NCBI RefSeq assembly: GCF_006345805.1
Contig: NC_043005.1
Location: forward strand, 15,004,001 to 15,068,000
DNA: 64,000 nt
DNA from: Octopus sinensis
Taxonomy: Eukaryota
Direction of reading: 5' to 3'
Below the pieces are notes generated by a model. That model was not told the origin of the DNA, did not search any database, and saw only the letters and a program-made list of their open reading frames with translations. The position numbers and the translations under genes were made by a program. Positions 39,613 to 54,880 of the stretch are shown piece after piece (the stretch's first letter is position 1; the number at the start of each line of letters is the position of its first letter).

Positions 39613-39666
39613 GATAAAGTAATTGAGGTAATCAGAGTATGTGACAGAATACTTAAGATTAGATTA

Positions 39667-40764
39667 GTGCTTCATCATAGTTCAGCAACCATTATATCAG
39701 CCTATGCTCCTCAGTCGGGGCTACCCGATGGACAGAAAGACCGATTCTATGACACTCTACTGCAGACTACCTCGTTGACGAATGACAGAGACCTTATCTT
39801 TGTGGCTGGTGACTTCAATGGTCACGTTGGACGACATGCTGGGGGCTTCCATGGCGTACATGGAGGCTATGGCTATGGCTCCCGCAACGAGGAGGGAACC
39901 AGGCTGCTGGAGTTCTGCGATGCAAATAATCTTATGATTTGCAACACTAACTTCAGGAAACCTACCAGCCACCTAGTCACTTACCAATCGGGCCAACATA
40001 CCAGCCAAATTGACTACATCCTTACAAGGCAAAGGGAGAGATGGCTGCTTATAAATGCCAAAACCTTCTCAGGTGAAGAATGTACCCCACAACATAGACT
40101 GGTAGTTAGTGACTTTAGGATCAGGACTAGGAGGACAACCAGAAGACGACAAATATGGAGAAGAAGGATCTGGAAGCTTAAAGATCCTGCAAATGGACAG
40201 AGATTTAGGGACATATTACTTGAAGCCTCTGACGAAGTAGAAGGGGATAGAGCATCACAGGGGGTAGAAGACAGCTGGACGTTTCTAAGGGACAACCTGC
40301 TGAGAGCCACTGACCAGATCTGTGGCTGGTGCAAAGTCCCCTCTCGACCTAGAATAACGTGGTGGTGGAACAATATTGTAGACAGGGCTATTAGAGAAAA
40401 GAGACAGGCTTGGAAGGTCTGGAAAAATGGGGGTAGCAGGGGATTGTATCAGACTGCCAAAAGAGAAGCTAGGAGACAGGTTTATTTAGCCAGAGGGGAA
40501 GCAGATAAGAAAAAATTTGCCAATGTCCTGCGCCGTGAGGACCAAAGACTGGAGGTGTTTCGTGTTGCAAGACAGTGTGTGAGAGAGAATCATGATGTGG
40601 TAGGAGAGAAGTGTGTTCGCATGGAAGATGGTTCACTTGCGCTAAATGAGGATGCAAAGAGAGAGGTTTGGAGATGCCACTATGAAAGGTTGCTGAATGA
40701 AGAAAATGAATGGGATAAAGAGAGTCTGCCGAATGTTGACCCAACAGAGGGACCAGCTATCTGA
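39667..40764 (+). pseudogene. RTE ORF, APE endonuclease and linker part
   Basis: 365-aa ORF; the reading frame is open back to ~39610 and ends at a premature TGA. Confidence 0.9.
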
Positions 40765-41002
40765 GTTGATAGTTCCGTGGTAGCTAAGGCAATTAGAAGC
40801 ATGAAGACAGGGACAGCCCCAGGCCCATCAGGAATCACTGCAGAGATGCTCAAAATGTCTGGTAGTGTCGGTTATAGCCTAGTCACCTGTATAGTTAATC
40901 AAAGGGGTCATACCCAATGACTGGTGTAGCAGTATAATAGTCAACTGCTACAAAGGTAAAGGTGATGCCCTAGATACAAATAACTACAGAGGTATCAAGC
41001 TG

Positions 41003-42409
41003 TTGGACCAGGTGATGAAGGTTACGGAGAGGGTCATAGCCCAACTAATTAGAGAGAGAGTTAGTTTAGATGAGATGCAGTTTGGGTTTGTGCCAGGGAA
41101 AAGTACTACTGATGCTATATTCCTGGTAAGGCAGCTGCAGGAGAAATACCTAGCCAAAGATAGGCCCCTCTACCTGGCTTTTGTTGACATGGAGAAAGCC
41201 TTCGACAGGGTCCCCCGATCCCTTATCTGGTGGGCAATGAGGAAACTAGGGATAGATGAATGGTTAGTGAGAGCTGTGCGGGCCATGTACAGGGACGCCG
41301 CTAGTAGGGTGAGGGTTGGAAATGTGTACAGTGAAGAATTCCGGGTAGAGGTAGGAGTCCACCAAGGCTCAGTACTCAGCCCCCTCCTATTTATCATAGT
41401 CCTCCAGGCAATAACGGAGGAATTCAAGACAGGATGCCCTTGGGAGCTCCTCTATGCTGATGACCTTGCTCTAATTGCTGAGTCGCTATCAGAACTGGAG
41501 GAGAAGTTTCAGGTGTGGAAACAAGGATTAGAATCGAAGGGCCTCAGAGTCAATCTAGCTAAAACCAAAGTCGTAATCAGTAGGAAGGTAGACAAATCAC
41601 AAACACCTTCAGGTAGATGGCCCTGCTCGATCTGTAGAAAAGGTGTAGGTAGAAACTCTATAAGATGCACCAAGTGTAAGCTATGGACACATAAGAGATG
41701 CAGCAATGTCAAAGGAAGGCTAACTAGGAAGATGGTTTTTGTATGTGGCAGATGCTCAGGAACAATAAACACTGAAAATGCTCTGAGACCAACTTCCGTC
41801 ACTTTCCAGGGAGAAAAACTAGAAATAGTTGATAGTTTCCGTTACCTAGGTGACCAAGTCAGCAGCGGGGGCGGGTGTGCTGAAAGTGTAACTGCTAGAG
41901 TAAGAATAGCTTGGGCAAAGTTCAGAGAGCTCTTACCTCTGCTGGTGACAAAAGGCCTCTCGCACAGAGTGAAAGGCAGACTGTATGATGCGTGTGTACG
42001 AACAGCCATGCTACATGGCAGTGAAACATGGGCCGTGACTGCTGAGGATATGCGTAAGCTCGCTAGAAATGAAGCCAGTATGCTCCGATGGATGTGTAAT
42101 GCCGGTACTCACACTCGGCAGAGTGTAAGTACCTTGAGAGAAAAGCTGGACCTAAGAAGCATCAGTTGTGGTGTGCAAGAGAGACGTTTGCGCTGGTATG
42201 GTCATGTGGCGAGAATGGATGAAGATAGTTGTGTGAAAAAGTGCCACACCCTAGCGGTTGAGGGAACCTGTGGAAGAGGCAGACCCAGGAAAACCTGGGA
42301 CGAGGTGGTGAAGCACGACCTTCGAACTTTAGGTCTCACTGAGGAAATGACTAGAGACCGAGACCTCTGGAAGTGTGCTGTGCGCGAGAAGACCCGGCAG
42401 GACAAGTGA
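41003..42409 (+). CDS. RTE reverse transcriptase ORF segment with an embedded C4HC3 (PHD-like) finger
   Basis: 468 aa open; YADD at 41453-41464; CSIC-CTKC-HKRC-CGRC at 41624-41755. It is the distal part of a disrupted single ORF and unlikely to be expressed independently. Confidence 0.85.
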   Translation: MDQVMKVTERVIAQLIRERVSLDEMQFGFVPGKSTTDAIFLVRQLQEKYLAKDRPLYLAFVDMEKAFDRVPRSLIWWAMRKLGIDEWLVRAVRAMYRDAASRVRVGNVYSEEFRVEVGVHQGSVLSPLLFIIVLQAITEEFKTGCPWELLYADDLALIAESLSELEEKFQVWKQGLESKGLRVNLAKTKVVISRKVDKSQTPSGRWPCSICRKGVGRNSIRCTKCKLWTHKRCSNVKGRLTRKMVFVCGRCSGTINTENALRPTSVTFQGEKLEIVDSFRYLGDQVSSGGGCAESVTARVRIAWAKFRELLPLLVTKGLSHRVKGRLYDACVRTAMLHGSETWAVTAEDMRKLARNEASMLRWMCNAGTHTRQSVSTLREKLDLRSISCGVQERRLRWYGHVARMDEDSCVKKCHTLAVEGTCGRGRPRKTWDEVVKHDLRTLGLTEEMTRDRDLWKCAVREKTRQDK

Positions 42410-43006
42410 GTCCATAACCCGTGGCCTTCTACATGGGATGGAGCCAGCCTACGTATGCATACCTTCCCTTCTTGGGACACAAAACTCTACTTGTGAAGAC
42501 GTGATGAGGCAAGTGAGGATCAGAATCGAAATCGATCAATGGAAATTGCGGATGTGCTACCAGTGCCGGTGGCATGTCAAAACTCTGCTTGTGAAGACCC
42601 GTTGAGGCAAGTGACGATCAGAATCGAAATCGATCAATGGAAATTGCAGATGTGTTACCAGTGCCGGTGGCATGTAAGAGAACTTTCCGTTTCGCGACCG
42701 TTGCCAGCACCGCCCCGTTTCGTGTCCGTTGCCAGCCTCGCCTGGCCCTCGTGCCGGTGGCACATAAAAAGCACCATCCGTTTGTGGCCGTTTGCCAGCT
42801 CTGTCTGGCACCAGTGCGGGTGGCACGTAAAAAGCACCCACTACACTCACGGAGTGGTTGGCGTTAGGAAGGGCATCCAGCCGTAGAAACACTGCCAGAT
42901 TTGACTGGGCCTGATGAAGCCTTCTGGCTTCACAGACCCCAGTAGAACCGTCCAACCCATGCTAGCATGGAAAACGGACGCTAAACGATGATGATGATGA
43001 TGATGA

Positions 43007-43048
<42 letters not shown>

Positions 43049-43859
43049 ATATTCCTGTTTTCTAAACTCAGAGTTGTGATCGAGTTTTTGTTGTTGTTGT
43101 TTAGTTACATCTCAGCCCTTGGTCAAGTTGAACTACAATCTGTTCCAGCTTTCATCTGCATGTCTCTTTTTTTCAGGCATAGTGTGTCTTTGACTACCTT
43201 ATCTGATGTGTTTTGCCTTTTGTTGTTATTCTGAATCAGTAACTTTGTGGCTGAATAGATTCCCACCATTACCTTTCTACTTTATTTTTCCAGACATAGT
43301 GTATTCCAGACTACATTATCCAATATCTCCTTCCTTTTATTACTATTGTTTAGTCCCAGCTCAGCCCCGATTTAGCTGACTTATGGATCATGATGTTCCA
43401 GTCATAACCATTTCATCTTATTTCATCTTTTTCAGACAAATTGTACCTAGGACTATATAGTCTAATATGTTTTTTTTTTCTTTTTTAATGGTAGGGTGTA
43501 ATTTCAGAGAGATTTGGTTTGTTGCTCAACCGGATATCAGACTGAGCAACCAAACAAGAGCTCCCTCATTCCTTGTTAGCTTGAAAGATTGAAATGATGT
43601 GTTCTGAGTTGTAAAATGGATTCTGATGTGAAATATAAATGCTTCCCAAGTGTTGCGAAATGTTCAGATCCAGTGCTTAATTTTGGTTTCATTTTATGTC
43701 CATTTTCCATGCTTATATTTGAAAGGTGGGTCTTGTCACTTGTTGCTATTTTTTGCCATCTCCATTTTTAGATTCAGGCTCCTGGGATCTGCTTTCACAA
43801 TTTCTTTTTGTGTCTTTCTTAGTCTTCCTCTTCTATATGTTCCTGAGAAAGTAAGCTTC

Positions 43860-44090
43860 ATACATGACAGATGGACTGGATGAGTACATACATTGTACAC
43901 ACTGGAAATAGATTCTCATAAATGTCCAGATGGCTCACTTGAAGTAGTCTATAACTTTTGTCATCTAGGAGATGTAATTAGCAGGGGAGATGGTTGCTTT
44001 GAAAGTATAGTTGTTAGAACAAGAAAAAGTTGGGAAAAGTTCAGGAAACTGCCACTGCTGCTGGCAATAAAAGACTGAAGGGCAGATTGT
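43860..44090 (+). mobile_element. Old RTE RT C-terminal fragment
   Basis: LEVVYNFCHLGDVISRGDGCFESIVVRTRKSWEKFRKLPLL resembles LEIVDSFRYLGDQVSSGGGCAESVTARVRIAWAKFRELLPLL in the 41-kb ORF. Confidence 0.75.
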
Positions 44091-44144
44091 ATGATATATA
44101 GATAGGTAGACAGGTAAACAGATAGACAGGCAGACAGACAGATA

Positions 44145-44370
44145 TATTTCTTTACTACCCACAAGGGGCTAAACATAGAGGGGACAAACAAGGACAGACA
44201 AAGGGATTAAGTCAATTACATCGACCCCAGTGCGAAACTGGTACTTTATTTATCGACCCCGAAAGGATGAAAGGCAAAGTCGACCTCGCCGGAATTTGAA
44301 CTCAGAACGTAGCGGAAGACGAAATACCGATAAGCATTTCGCCCAGCGTGCTAATGATTCTGCCAGCTCG
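44145..44370 (-). mobile_element. SINE family A
   Basis: Colinear with 16853-17083. Confidence 0.88.
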
Positions 44371-45464
44371 TAGACAAATAGCCAGACAGATGCATACGTA
44401 TGTCACAATCAAATAGAGGATGAAGATCTCTCAACAACATTGATGTTAATGGTAGAGATACACATCCTTCTTGTTTATGTTGCTGCAAGTGATCAAACCC
44501 ATCTTAAAGTAGTGCAGACTCCTTACTCTTATAAGGTTCAAGGCAATTTCAAACTTACTGGCGCCACTATGAAATGCCCCCAGTACACTCTGTAAAGTGG
44601 TTTACAAGTGAGCAGAAACTGTGAGTTGGGAGGACCCTTTCTTTTGGCAAGGACATAAAAACTTCTAGTACTGGTGTCATGACAAAATGCCTCTCTGTTT
44701 ATCCATCACTACTTTTCTTCTATTAACCCCTGTTCTATGATCCTCTCATTCCAGTAGCTATGTTTCTCCCTTCATACTCTCACCAGCTCACCCTAGACTT
44801 CTCTTCTTCTCTTCTCTTTACCCTCTTAGACATGTTACCTTGAATAAATGAAGATAACATAGTTATGAGTATTCTTTTATCTTGCAGGATACAAGAGAAC
44901 TTCACCAGTACCATTGCTATTATAAAATGTATCTAGTACAGTCTGTAAAGTGGTTGGTGTAAGGGTAGGGCATCCAGACACTGAAGCTATGCCAAACATT
45001 GAAATGTATAATGTGATCCTTTGACCAACCTAAGAGAGCAGTAGCTCTGACTTATATCATAACTACCCATTCAACCTATGCCAGCATAGAATATAAATGA
45101 ATAATGATGATAATGGTAGCATACAATCACTGGAGACCATGAATCATTCTGATTAATGGTTAGCTAGGTCAAAATATTGTTCTGTTCTTTTGTAACTTTA
45201 AGCTGACAAACACTGCAAGGGAAAAATAAATATCAAAGTTGCTTTATTTCCAGTGTAATGAAAAATCTCTACTTTGTGTATTTGGATTTTTTTATTTTGT
45301 TTATGATACAGTTAGATCATGAAATTTCTTTATTAGGTAGCTCTTGGAGTTCAGTGGAGTTAAATATGTTGCAAGCATTTGGACCAAATCTTCTGGCTAA
45401 GAATTATTGCTTTCCTCCCATCAGCCTTAGAGGTTTTGAAAAAGATTAAGGGCTCTATCCTTTT

Positions 45465-48020
<2,556 letters not shown>

Positions 48021-48488
48021 AGCCTTCACCGTACTTTGACTGGTACATATTTTTTTGCCAAAAAGAGAAAGAATAGGAAAAAGAAAGAGGAAAAAATTTT
48101 TGTCGTTTAAAATAATAATTTAATCCTTGTTGCATAATTAATTAACTTTTTAATGCTTTCTCGTTAATTTTTTTATGTTCTCTGCATTAAATATAACATT
48201 GCTCATTTTCATGTGGTAGGTAGCTAAATTATTATTATTATTATTATTATAGGATTGAGGTAACTCCTCCAGTAGCTATACAGAAACAAAAAAAAAATGT
48301 CACTCTTCTTTTTTTTGCTTCTGTATACATACCAGGGGAGTTACCTCAATCTTATAAAATATTACCAAAAATGAAGTAGATTGACAAGTTTATTTTTTGA
48401 ACCTGTGGAAGGCACAATAGATGCCAAAATACCATTCACTTGATAACAATGGCTCTCTTCTTTTTTTTGCTTTTATTATTATTATTGT

Positions 48489-48860
48489 CAGTGGCACGTA
48501 AAAAGCACCATCCGTTCGTGGCCGTTGCCAGCCTCGCTTGGCCCCCCGTGCCGGTGGCACGTAAAAAGCACCGTCCGATCATGGCCGTTGCCAGCCTCGC
48601 CTGGCCCCCGTGCCGGTGGCACATAAAAAGCACCATCTGATTGTGGCTGTTTGCCAGACTTGTCTGGCACCTGTGCCGGTGGCACGTAAAAAGCACCCAC
48701 TACACTCATGGAGTGGTTGGCGTTAGGAAGGGCATCCAGCCATAGAAACATTGCCAGATCAAACTGGGCCTGGTGCAGTCTTCTGGCTTCCCAGACCCCA
48801 GTTGAACCGTCCAAACCATGCTAGCATGGAAAGCAGACGCTAAACGATGATGATGATGAT
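48489..48860 (+). mobile_element. Orphan RTE 3'-tail copy
   Basis: Matches 42750-43010, including GTGCCGGTGGCAC units and the (GAT)n tail. Confidence 0.9.
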
Positions 48861-48886
48861 TATTGTTGTTATTATTATTGTTGTTG

Positions 48887-48939
<53 letters not shown>

Positions 48940-49203
48940 GTTGTTGTTATTATTGTATAAGCTTTGAGTAAATAAAATATTTTCAGTTAACTTTTTAACC
49001 TTTCTTATAAAGTAAATACAAAAGTTGCCATCCTGATCACTTCAGCTAACTTTCCTTATTCACATCTGTAGCTCTATGGACTGGGCTATTTGACTCAACC
49101 AATCTGTTCAAACTGCAAGACAGGCAACTTATTTAAGTTACTTGATTACAACCTTGTATAAATGTGAAAAATAAAACAAGTCTGTCTATGCTCTGTTGCT
49201 GTT

Positions 49204-49708
49204 CTTCTTCTTCTTCTTCTTCTTCTTCTTCCAATTAGGACTTATGCCATTACCCACAAAGAATAATCTCTAATTCGAGCCTACTCTAAGCTACTAAGAG
49301 TGTGTGTGGCAACTTGAAGATCCACTCACCTCATGTGATAGACTAGTGGTTGCATGGGCACGAAAGCTACGTTGTTATCCTCATTCCATAAATGGTGGCT
49401 TTGAATGGGTGGAGAGCTGAACCATCCTGGGGTACAGAAGATTCGCAATCTAGACTAGGGTCTGAAAGTTTACCACACCATAGTGGGTTACACCATGGTT
49501 CCTCTGCTTTGTGACAGAAGTAGGAAGAAGGAGTGAGAGAAAGTTGAGGTGAAAGAGTACAGCAGGGTTCACCTCCCCACCGCCGGAACCTTGTGGAGCT
49601 TAGGTGTTTTTTGCTCAATAAACACTCACAATGCCCGGTCTGGGAATCGAAACCACGTTCTTACCACCGCGAGTCCACTGCCCTAACCACTGGGCCATTG
49701 CGCCTCCA
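49204..49708 (-). mobile_element. SINE with family C head, different body and (GAA)n tail
   Basis: 13-bp TSD CTCTGTTGCTGTT (49191-49203, 49709-49721). Confidence 0.85.
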
Positions 49709-49976
49709 CTCTGTTGCTGTTAGCATCCAGGACATCTCTGCAGGCTAGAGGGACTCATATGAATGTACACATGCACAACTATGTGTATATGCCTGCATGT
49801 ATACGTTGCAAAGGCAGGGATTACTAGAAACCTTTGTTGTCTAGAGAAAAAAGAAATAGAAACTAAAACCTAAACTTTGTATTTCTGACCTTGGTTTTCC
49901 TTTTCCATATTTTCTTTTGAGTGTTTAGGTGAAGTGGAAGACAGGAGACAGATGTGTTTAGGCTTACATGTATATT

Positions 49977-50021
<45 letters not shown>

Positions 50022-50338
50022 ATTTCACTATTCTACAAATTTCATTGATTTATTTTTACTGTTTTGCACATCCATCAACTTATTGAGAATAAGACTTTGA
50101 AACTGGATACAGTTGAGTGAATGGGAATCTAGTTTGAGCAAAAAATAATAAGGTGTAAAAAATCTATACTTATCATTCATTTTTTGCTTTGTTTTGTTTT
50201 TGGTTTTTACTGTTTTTAATTATTTTTTTGGTGTTTTATTATTTGAAACAAGCTGACAAAAATACCAAGTGATTGTCACCTCATTATTCCAAAATCAAGT
50301 GAAAAAGAGGAGCAACCACTGATCAAATTATGTGTGTG

Positions 50339-50382
<44 letters not shown>

Positions 50383-51507
50383 CGTGCGTGAGTGCATGAG
50401 TGTGTGTGTGTGTGTATGTGTGTTTTAACTTTTACTACCATCGCCATCATTATCATCGTTATTTTCACGTTTGGTTTTTCATGCTGGGATGGGTTAGATG
50501 AAACTTAGGGAGGCAGATTTTCTATAGCAGGATGCTTTACTTGCCACTAAGCCCAACTTATTTTATAAGTTATTTTTCATTTGACTGATCCCTAACATGT
50601 CTGTTGAATTATAGGACCTTTTGTTGTTAACCAGGAAAACTAAGTAATGACACTGTTCTTTTGCTCAGATAATGTTATATATGAAGACACATGGAAATGA
50701 TACTAAGATGCATGCATGTATGAATCCCCTTCCTCATAAACCTAGAATTAACATGTTTTCAATATCAGTGGCACATACAAACACTAGCTCAAATCCCTTA
50801 CTCTCTCTCATATTATAGATATGTGGGTGTTAGTGTGTTTATAAACAGATCTATTCTTTGCACACATTACACACACACATGCACACACAACATATACACA
50901 TACATACATGAAAGTCTGTATATGTATATATACTGACACTCATGTAAGATATTCCTTTCTACTCCAAGGACAAGGCCCAAAATTTTAGGGCGGAGGGTGC
51001 CCAGTCGATTAGATTGACCCCAGTGCATAATTCGTACACATTTCATCAGCCACTAAGGGACATGCTCACCTGGTTAAGGTCAAACAACTGACCAGCAAAT
51101 CTGTGGTATTTGAGCAGAATATTTGCTGTAGCCCATCTTTTATACCAAGACAAAACAATGTACATGATAACACTTCCATTATTATTATATACTTTTAATC
51201 TGCAAGTTTGTTACATTCACTTGCCAAGACACAACCAGCATCCTAGGGCGAGTGAAGGATAAGAGACGTTACAGTGTGATTGAAAGCTTGGGGAGGGGAA
51301 GTGACAGTAGCGAAATAACTTCATGTAATACAACACAGACATTTAAATTGATATGGTTTTTCTAAGGATGTGGGCAGTACTTGTCAGCACAATCATTTGG
51401 ATTTCTCTGAAACATGGTTCCCCGAGATATTATCTAGATTTTTCTGACAATAACAGGAACAGTTCTCACTTTAAGATGCCACATCTTTTGTATTTGATGG
51501 TAGAGTC

Positions 51508-51562
<55 letters not shown>

Positions 51563-52002
51563 TTTATTATCATTGCCTTTGCACAGCTTCTAACACTGGA
51601 GATGTATTACAGTGTCAGCCGTTCATTCCAGTGAACTAAGGAAACACCTCTTATTTTTCGAGCACCTTCCTGAGTATTCAAGCGGTTCCAAGCAGTGCTG
51701 TTTTCTGCAAGTGCTCCACCCTTATTGCAGCCCCTATTTGTTCCACATACTTCTTGAAATTTTTGCTCACTGTTCCCAAGGCTCCGACAATTATTGATAC
51801 TACTGCTACCTTTTTCATCGATCACAACCGCTTAACTTCCCAAGCTAACCTGTCATATCTCTCAACTTTTCTTTCTTCCTTATCGCATACCTTGTTGTTA
51901 GCTGGGCATGCTATAGCTATGATCCAGCATAGTTTGTTTTCTTTCTCAATTAAGACTATGTCTAGCTTCCTAGTCTACTGGTAGACATCGCACAGTATAC
52001 AA
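51508..52002 (-). mobile_element. Dong/R4-type RLE LINE 3' fragment with (AAT)n tail
   Basis: Minus strand translates RKLDIVLIEKENKLCWIIAIACP...IIVGALGTV...LQKTALLGTA (my translation, with stops). Confidence 0.85.
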
Positions 52003-54190
52003 TATTATTATTATTTTAAAATAAAATATGGTCCATTGTCTTCTGCTGAACCGGAGTCATTCCTTGACCCTAGGGTCACAGCAGGTCCTCATCTCATGGA
52101 GAATACACAGTGTAAAATGTGTGTGGAACCTAGTAACACTATTTTCTGAAGTTCTCCCACGTTAACACTGCAAGGGAAATTGTTGAGCTGCTTATCAAGG
52201 CCCTTTTTAATTAGCCCTAACGCTCCAATCCCCACTGGTGCTGTGCTGCTTTTCATTCCCCGCATCTTGGTTACTTCTATTTCTAGGTCTTTGTACTTAA
52301 ATAACTTCTCAACTTCCTTAATGGACTCATTTCTCTCTGATGGTACTGTCACATTTATCATTAAGCATTTCTCATTTTTTCCATCTTTGATGATTATGTC
52401 CAGCCTGTTTGCCTTGATTTTTTTATCTGTGTTGATTGGCATGTCCCAGAGTACTGTTATATCATCTTTTCTGGTCACAGTTTCAGGTTTATACTGGTAC
52501 CATCTTTCTGAAGTTGGAAGCTGGTAGTGTTTACATATCTTCCAATGGATATATTGTGCTACTCTATCGTGTCTATGAATATATTTGGCCTTTGCAAGCG
52601 CTGTGCATCCAGTTAAGATGTGGTCCACTGTTTCATCCTGCTCATGACACATTCTGCATTTCAGGTCAGTGCCATCATTCATTATTTTGTTGTGGTAAGC
52701 CCTGGTTGCCAAGCTTTGATCTTGTGCTGCTATGATAAAACCTTCAGTTTCAGCCTTCAGTCCTGAGCTCTTCATCCATACATGGGTGTCTCGTTTTTCT
52801 ACCTCTGGTTTGTTCACTCTACATGGGTATCGGCCACGCATCGGTTTTTCTAGCCATTATTCTTTGCTTTTCTTCTGGGCTTGTTTTTTCATCTCTTCCT
52901 TAACTCTTTTAGCAAACTGGGTAACTTTCTCGCTCGCCTTCATCCTAGGTTACTCCGTCATCAGTTGTTTCTTAAACTGTACAGATGACTCCCTTTTTTC
53001 TTCTTGATCGCATATCCATACCTGGTTTTGTTGAGCATGGTCCTTAATTTTGCCAGTGCCATGCAGAATATTAAGGGTGACAGCGAGTCCCCTTGAAAGA
53101 TACCACTCTTGATTTTTATTGGTCTGCTTGTTATTGATCCACTGGAATGGTTCAGCGTCAATGTAGTTTCCCATGTATTCATGCTGTGTTTCATAAACAT
53201 GATGAGAGTTGGGGATACTTTGTATACTTCCACCACTTTCAGAATCCATGTTGATCCATGATGTGCTCAGGTTCATTTTTTTGCAGTCTTCAAGGATGAT
53301 TTTGTTTATCAGCAATTGGTCCTCGCATCTGTAGCTCCCTCTTCGACAACCTTTTTGTTCTGGTGGTAATAGGTTGTTTTCTTCTAGGAATGTGTATGTT
53401 CATTCAGTGATTACAGATGTTAATATTTTGTACATTATTGGTAGACAGGTGACTGGTCTACAGTTCTTTGGATTTTCTGTGTCACTTGTTTTTGGTATTA
53501 CGTATGTCACTCCCTGTGTCAACCAGCCTGGGCTATTTTCTGGGGTTTTCATGACTTCGTTGTATGCTGATGACATATCTCCATGTATATCAACTAGCTG
53601 TTTGATCCATAAGTTTGTTACTCGATCTATTCCCGCTGACTTCCAATTGCTGGCCTTTTTCAGGGGGCCAGGGTAACCTCCTCCTTTTGAATATCTTCCC
53701 ATTCCTGTACTTCTTTATTTTCCAGGAGTGTTTCTTGTTCCTTAATCCATTCTGCATCTTCATTATGTTGTTTTTCATTTTCCCATATCGTACTCCAGAA
53801 ATTTTCCATATCCTCTTTCTTTGGCGATTGCTCAACATTTATTTGTTGTTTACCGAGTTCCCTGTAAAATTTCTTTCCATCTTCTTTAAATAATTTGTTT
53901 TGTCTAAATTGTTTGTTTCTCTTTAATATCATAACAGTCATTGTGCCTTTGCTTGGATTTTTTGCTTTAGGTTTTCTTTTGCTTCAGGTATTTCATTTTT
54001 TTGTTTGATCTCTTGTTTTTTGCATATTTTCTTGGCTTTTCTTTGGTTGACCTGGTTTCGTTACATATTTCGGTCAGTATTGATAGGTCGCCTCGCATGA
54101 ATTGTTCATCCTTTTCTAAGTTTTCTTTCCATTTTGATTGTCTTTTCTTCTGTTAAGCAGTTTTCATTTTTAGTTTTATGCCTTTTGCCT
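52003..54190 (-). mobile_element. Dong/R4-clade (R2 superfamily) non-LTR retrotransposon, 5'-truncated and internally deleted
   Basis: RT N-terminal motifs ([37 protein letters not shown]), CCHC finger CRMC...H....C and RLE region (RLDII...KYKDL); the 5' end abuts (TAA)n/(TGA)n on the minus strand. Confidence 0.92.
52089..52841 (-). pseudogene. Dong/R4 zinc knuckle plus restriction-like endonuclease ORF segment
   Basis: 250-aa ORF: LKAETEGFIIAAQDQ, CRMCHEQDETVDHILTGC, HDRVA, KYKDL. Confidence 0.88.
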
Positions 54191-54203
54191 TATTATTATT
54201 ATT

Positions 54204-54238
<35 letters not shown>

Positions 54239-54436
54239 TATTACTATTATTGTTACTATTATTATTATTATTGTTATTATCATTATTATTGTTTAATTTT
54301 AATCTGCATGTTTGTTACAATCACTTGCTGAGACGCACCCAGCATCCTATGTCTGGTCGATTAGCCTGGGTTGTTCTGTCGATGTTGACTGGAAAATCTC
54401 AGAGGATAGTGATATTCTTACCTTCAATGACTAACT

Positions 54437-54497
54437 GATGATGATGTCCACACCACCACCACCACCACCACCACCACCACCACCACCACCACCACCA

Positions 54498-54540
<43 letters not shown>

Positions 54541-54577
54541 CCCACCACCACCACCACCACCACCACCACCACCACCA

Positions 54578-54618
<41 letters not shown>

Positions 54619-54772
54619 GCTGCTGCTGCTGCTACCACTACTGCTACTGCTGCTACTACTACTGCTACTACTACTGCTACTACTACTACTACTACTGATA
54701 CTGCTGCTGCTGCTACTACTACTGCTACTACTACTACTACTGCTACTGCTACTGCTGCTGCTGCTACTGCTG

Positions 54773-54813
<41 letters not shown>

Positions 54814-54816
54814 ACG

Positions 54817-54850
<34 letters not shown>

Positions 54851-54880
54851 TTACTACTACTACTACTACTACTACTACTA
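54437..54880. repeat. Compound trinucleotide microsatellite (CAC, TAC, TGC blocks)
   Basis: Directly visible. Confidence 0.97.

Larger units (their letters stand above)
39610..43010 (+). mobile_element. RTE-clade LINE, 5'-truncated within the endonuclease, inserted in (TA)n
   Basis: APE motifs (ISAYAPQ, VAGDFNGHVG, SQIDYIL), RT motifs (QFGF, FVDMEKAFDRV, QGSVLSP, YADD), 3' UTR repeats and a (GAT)n tail; one TGA at 40762 and one frameshift near 40900. Confidence 0.97.

Noticed and set aside
42911-42935. CTGATGA followed by an AAGCC/GGCTT hairpin in the RTE tail
   Set aside because: No GAAA or stem III follows, and the other three tail copies read CTGGTGCA.
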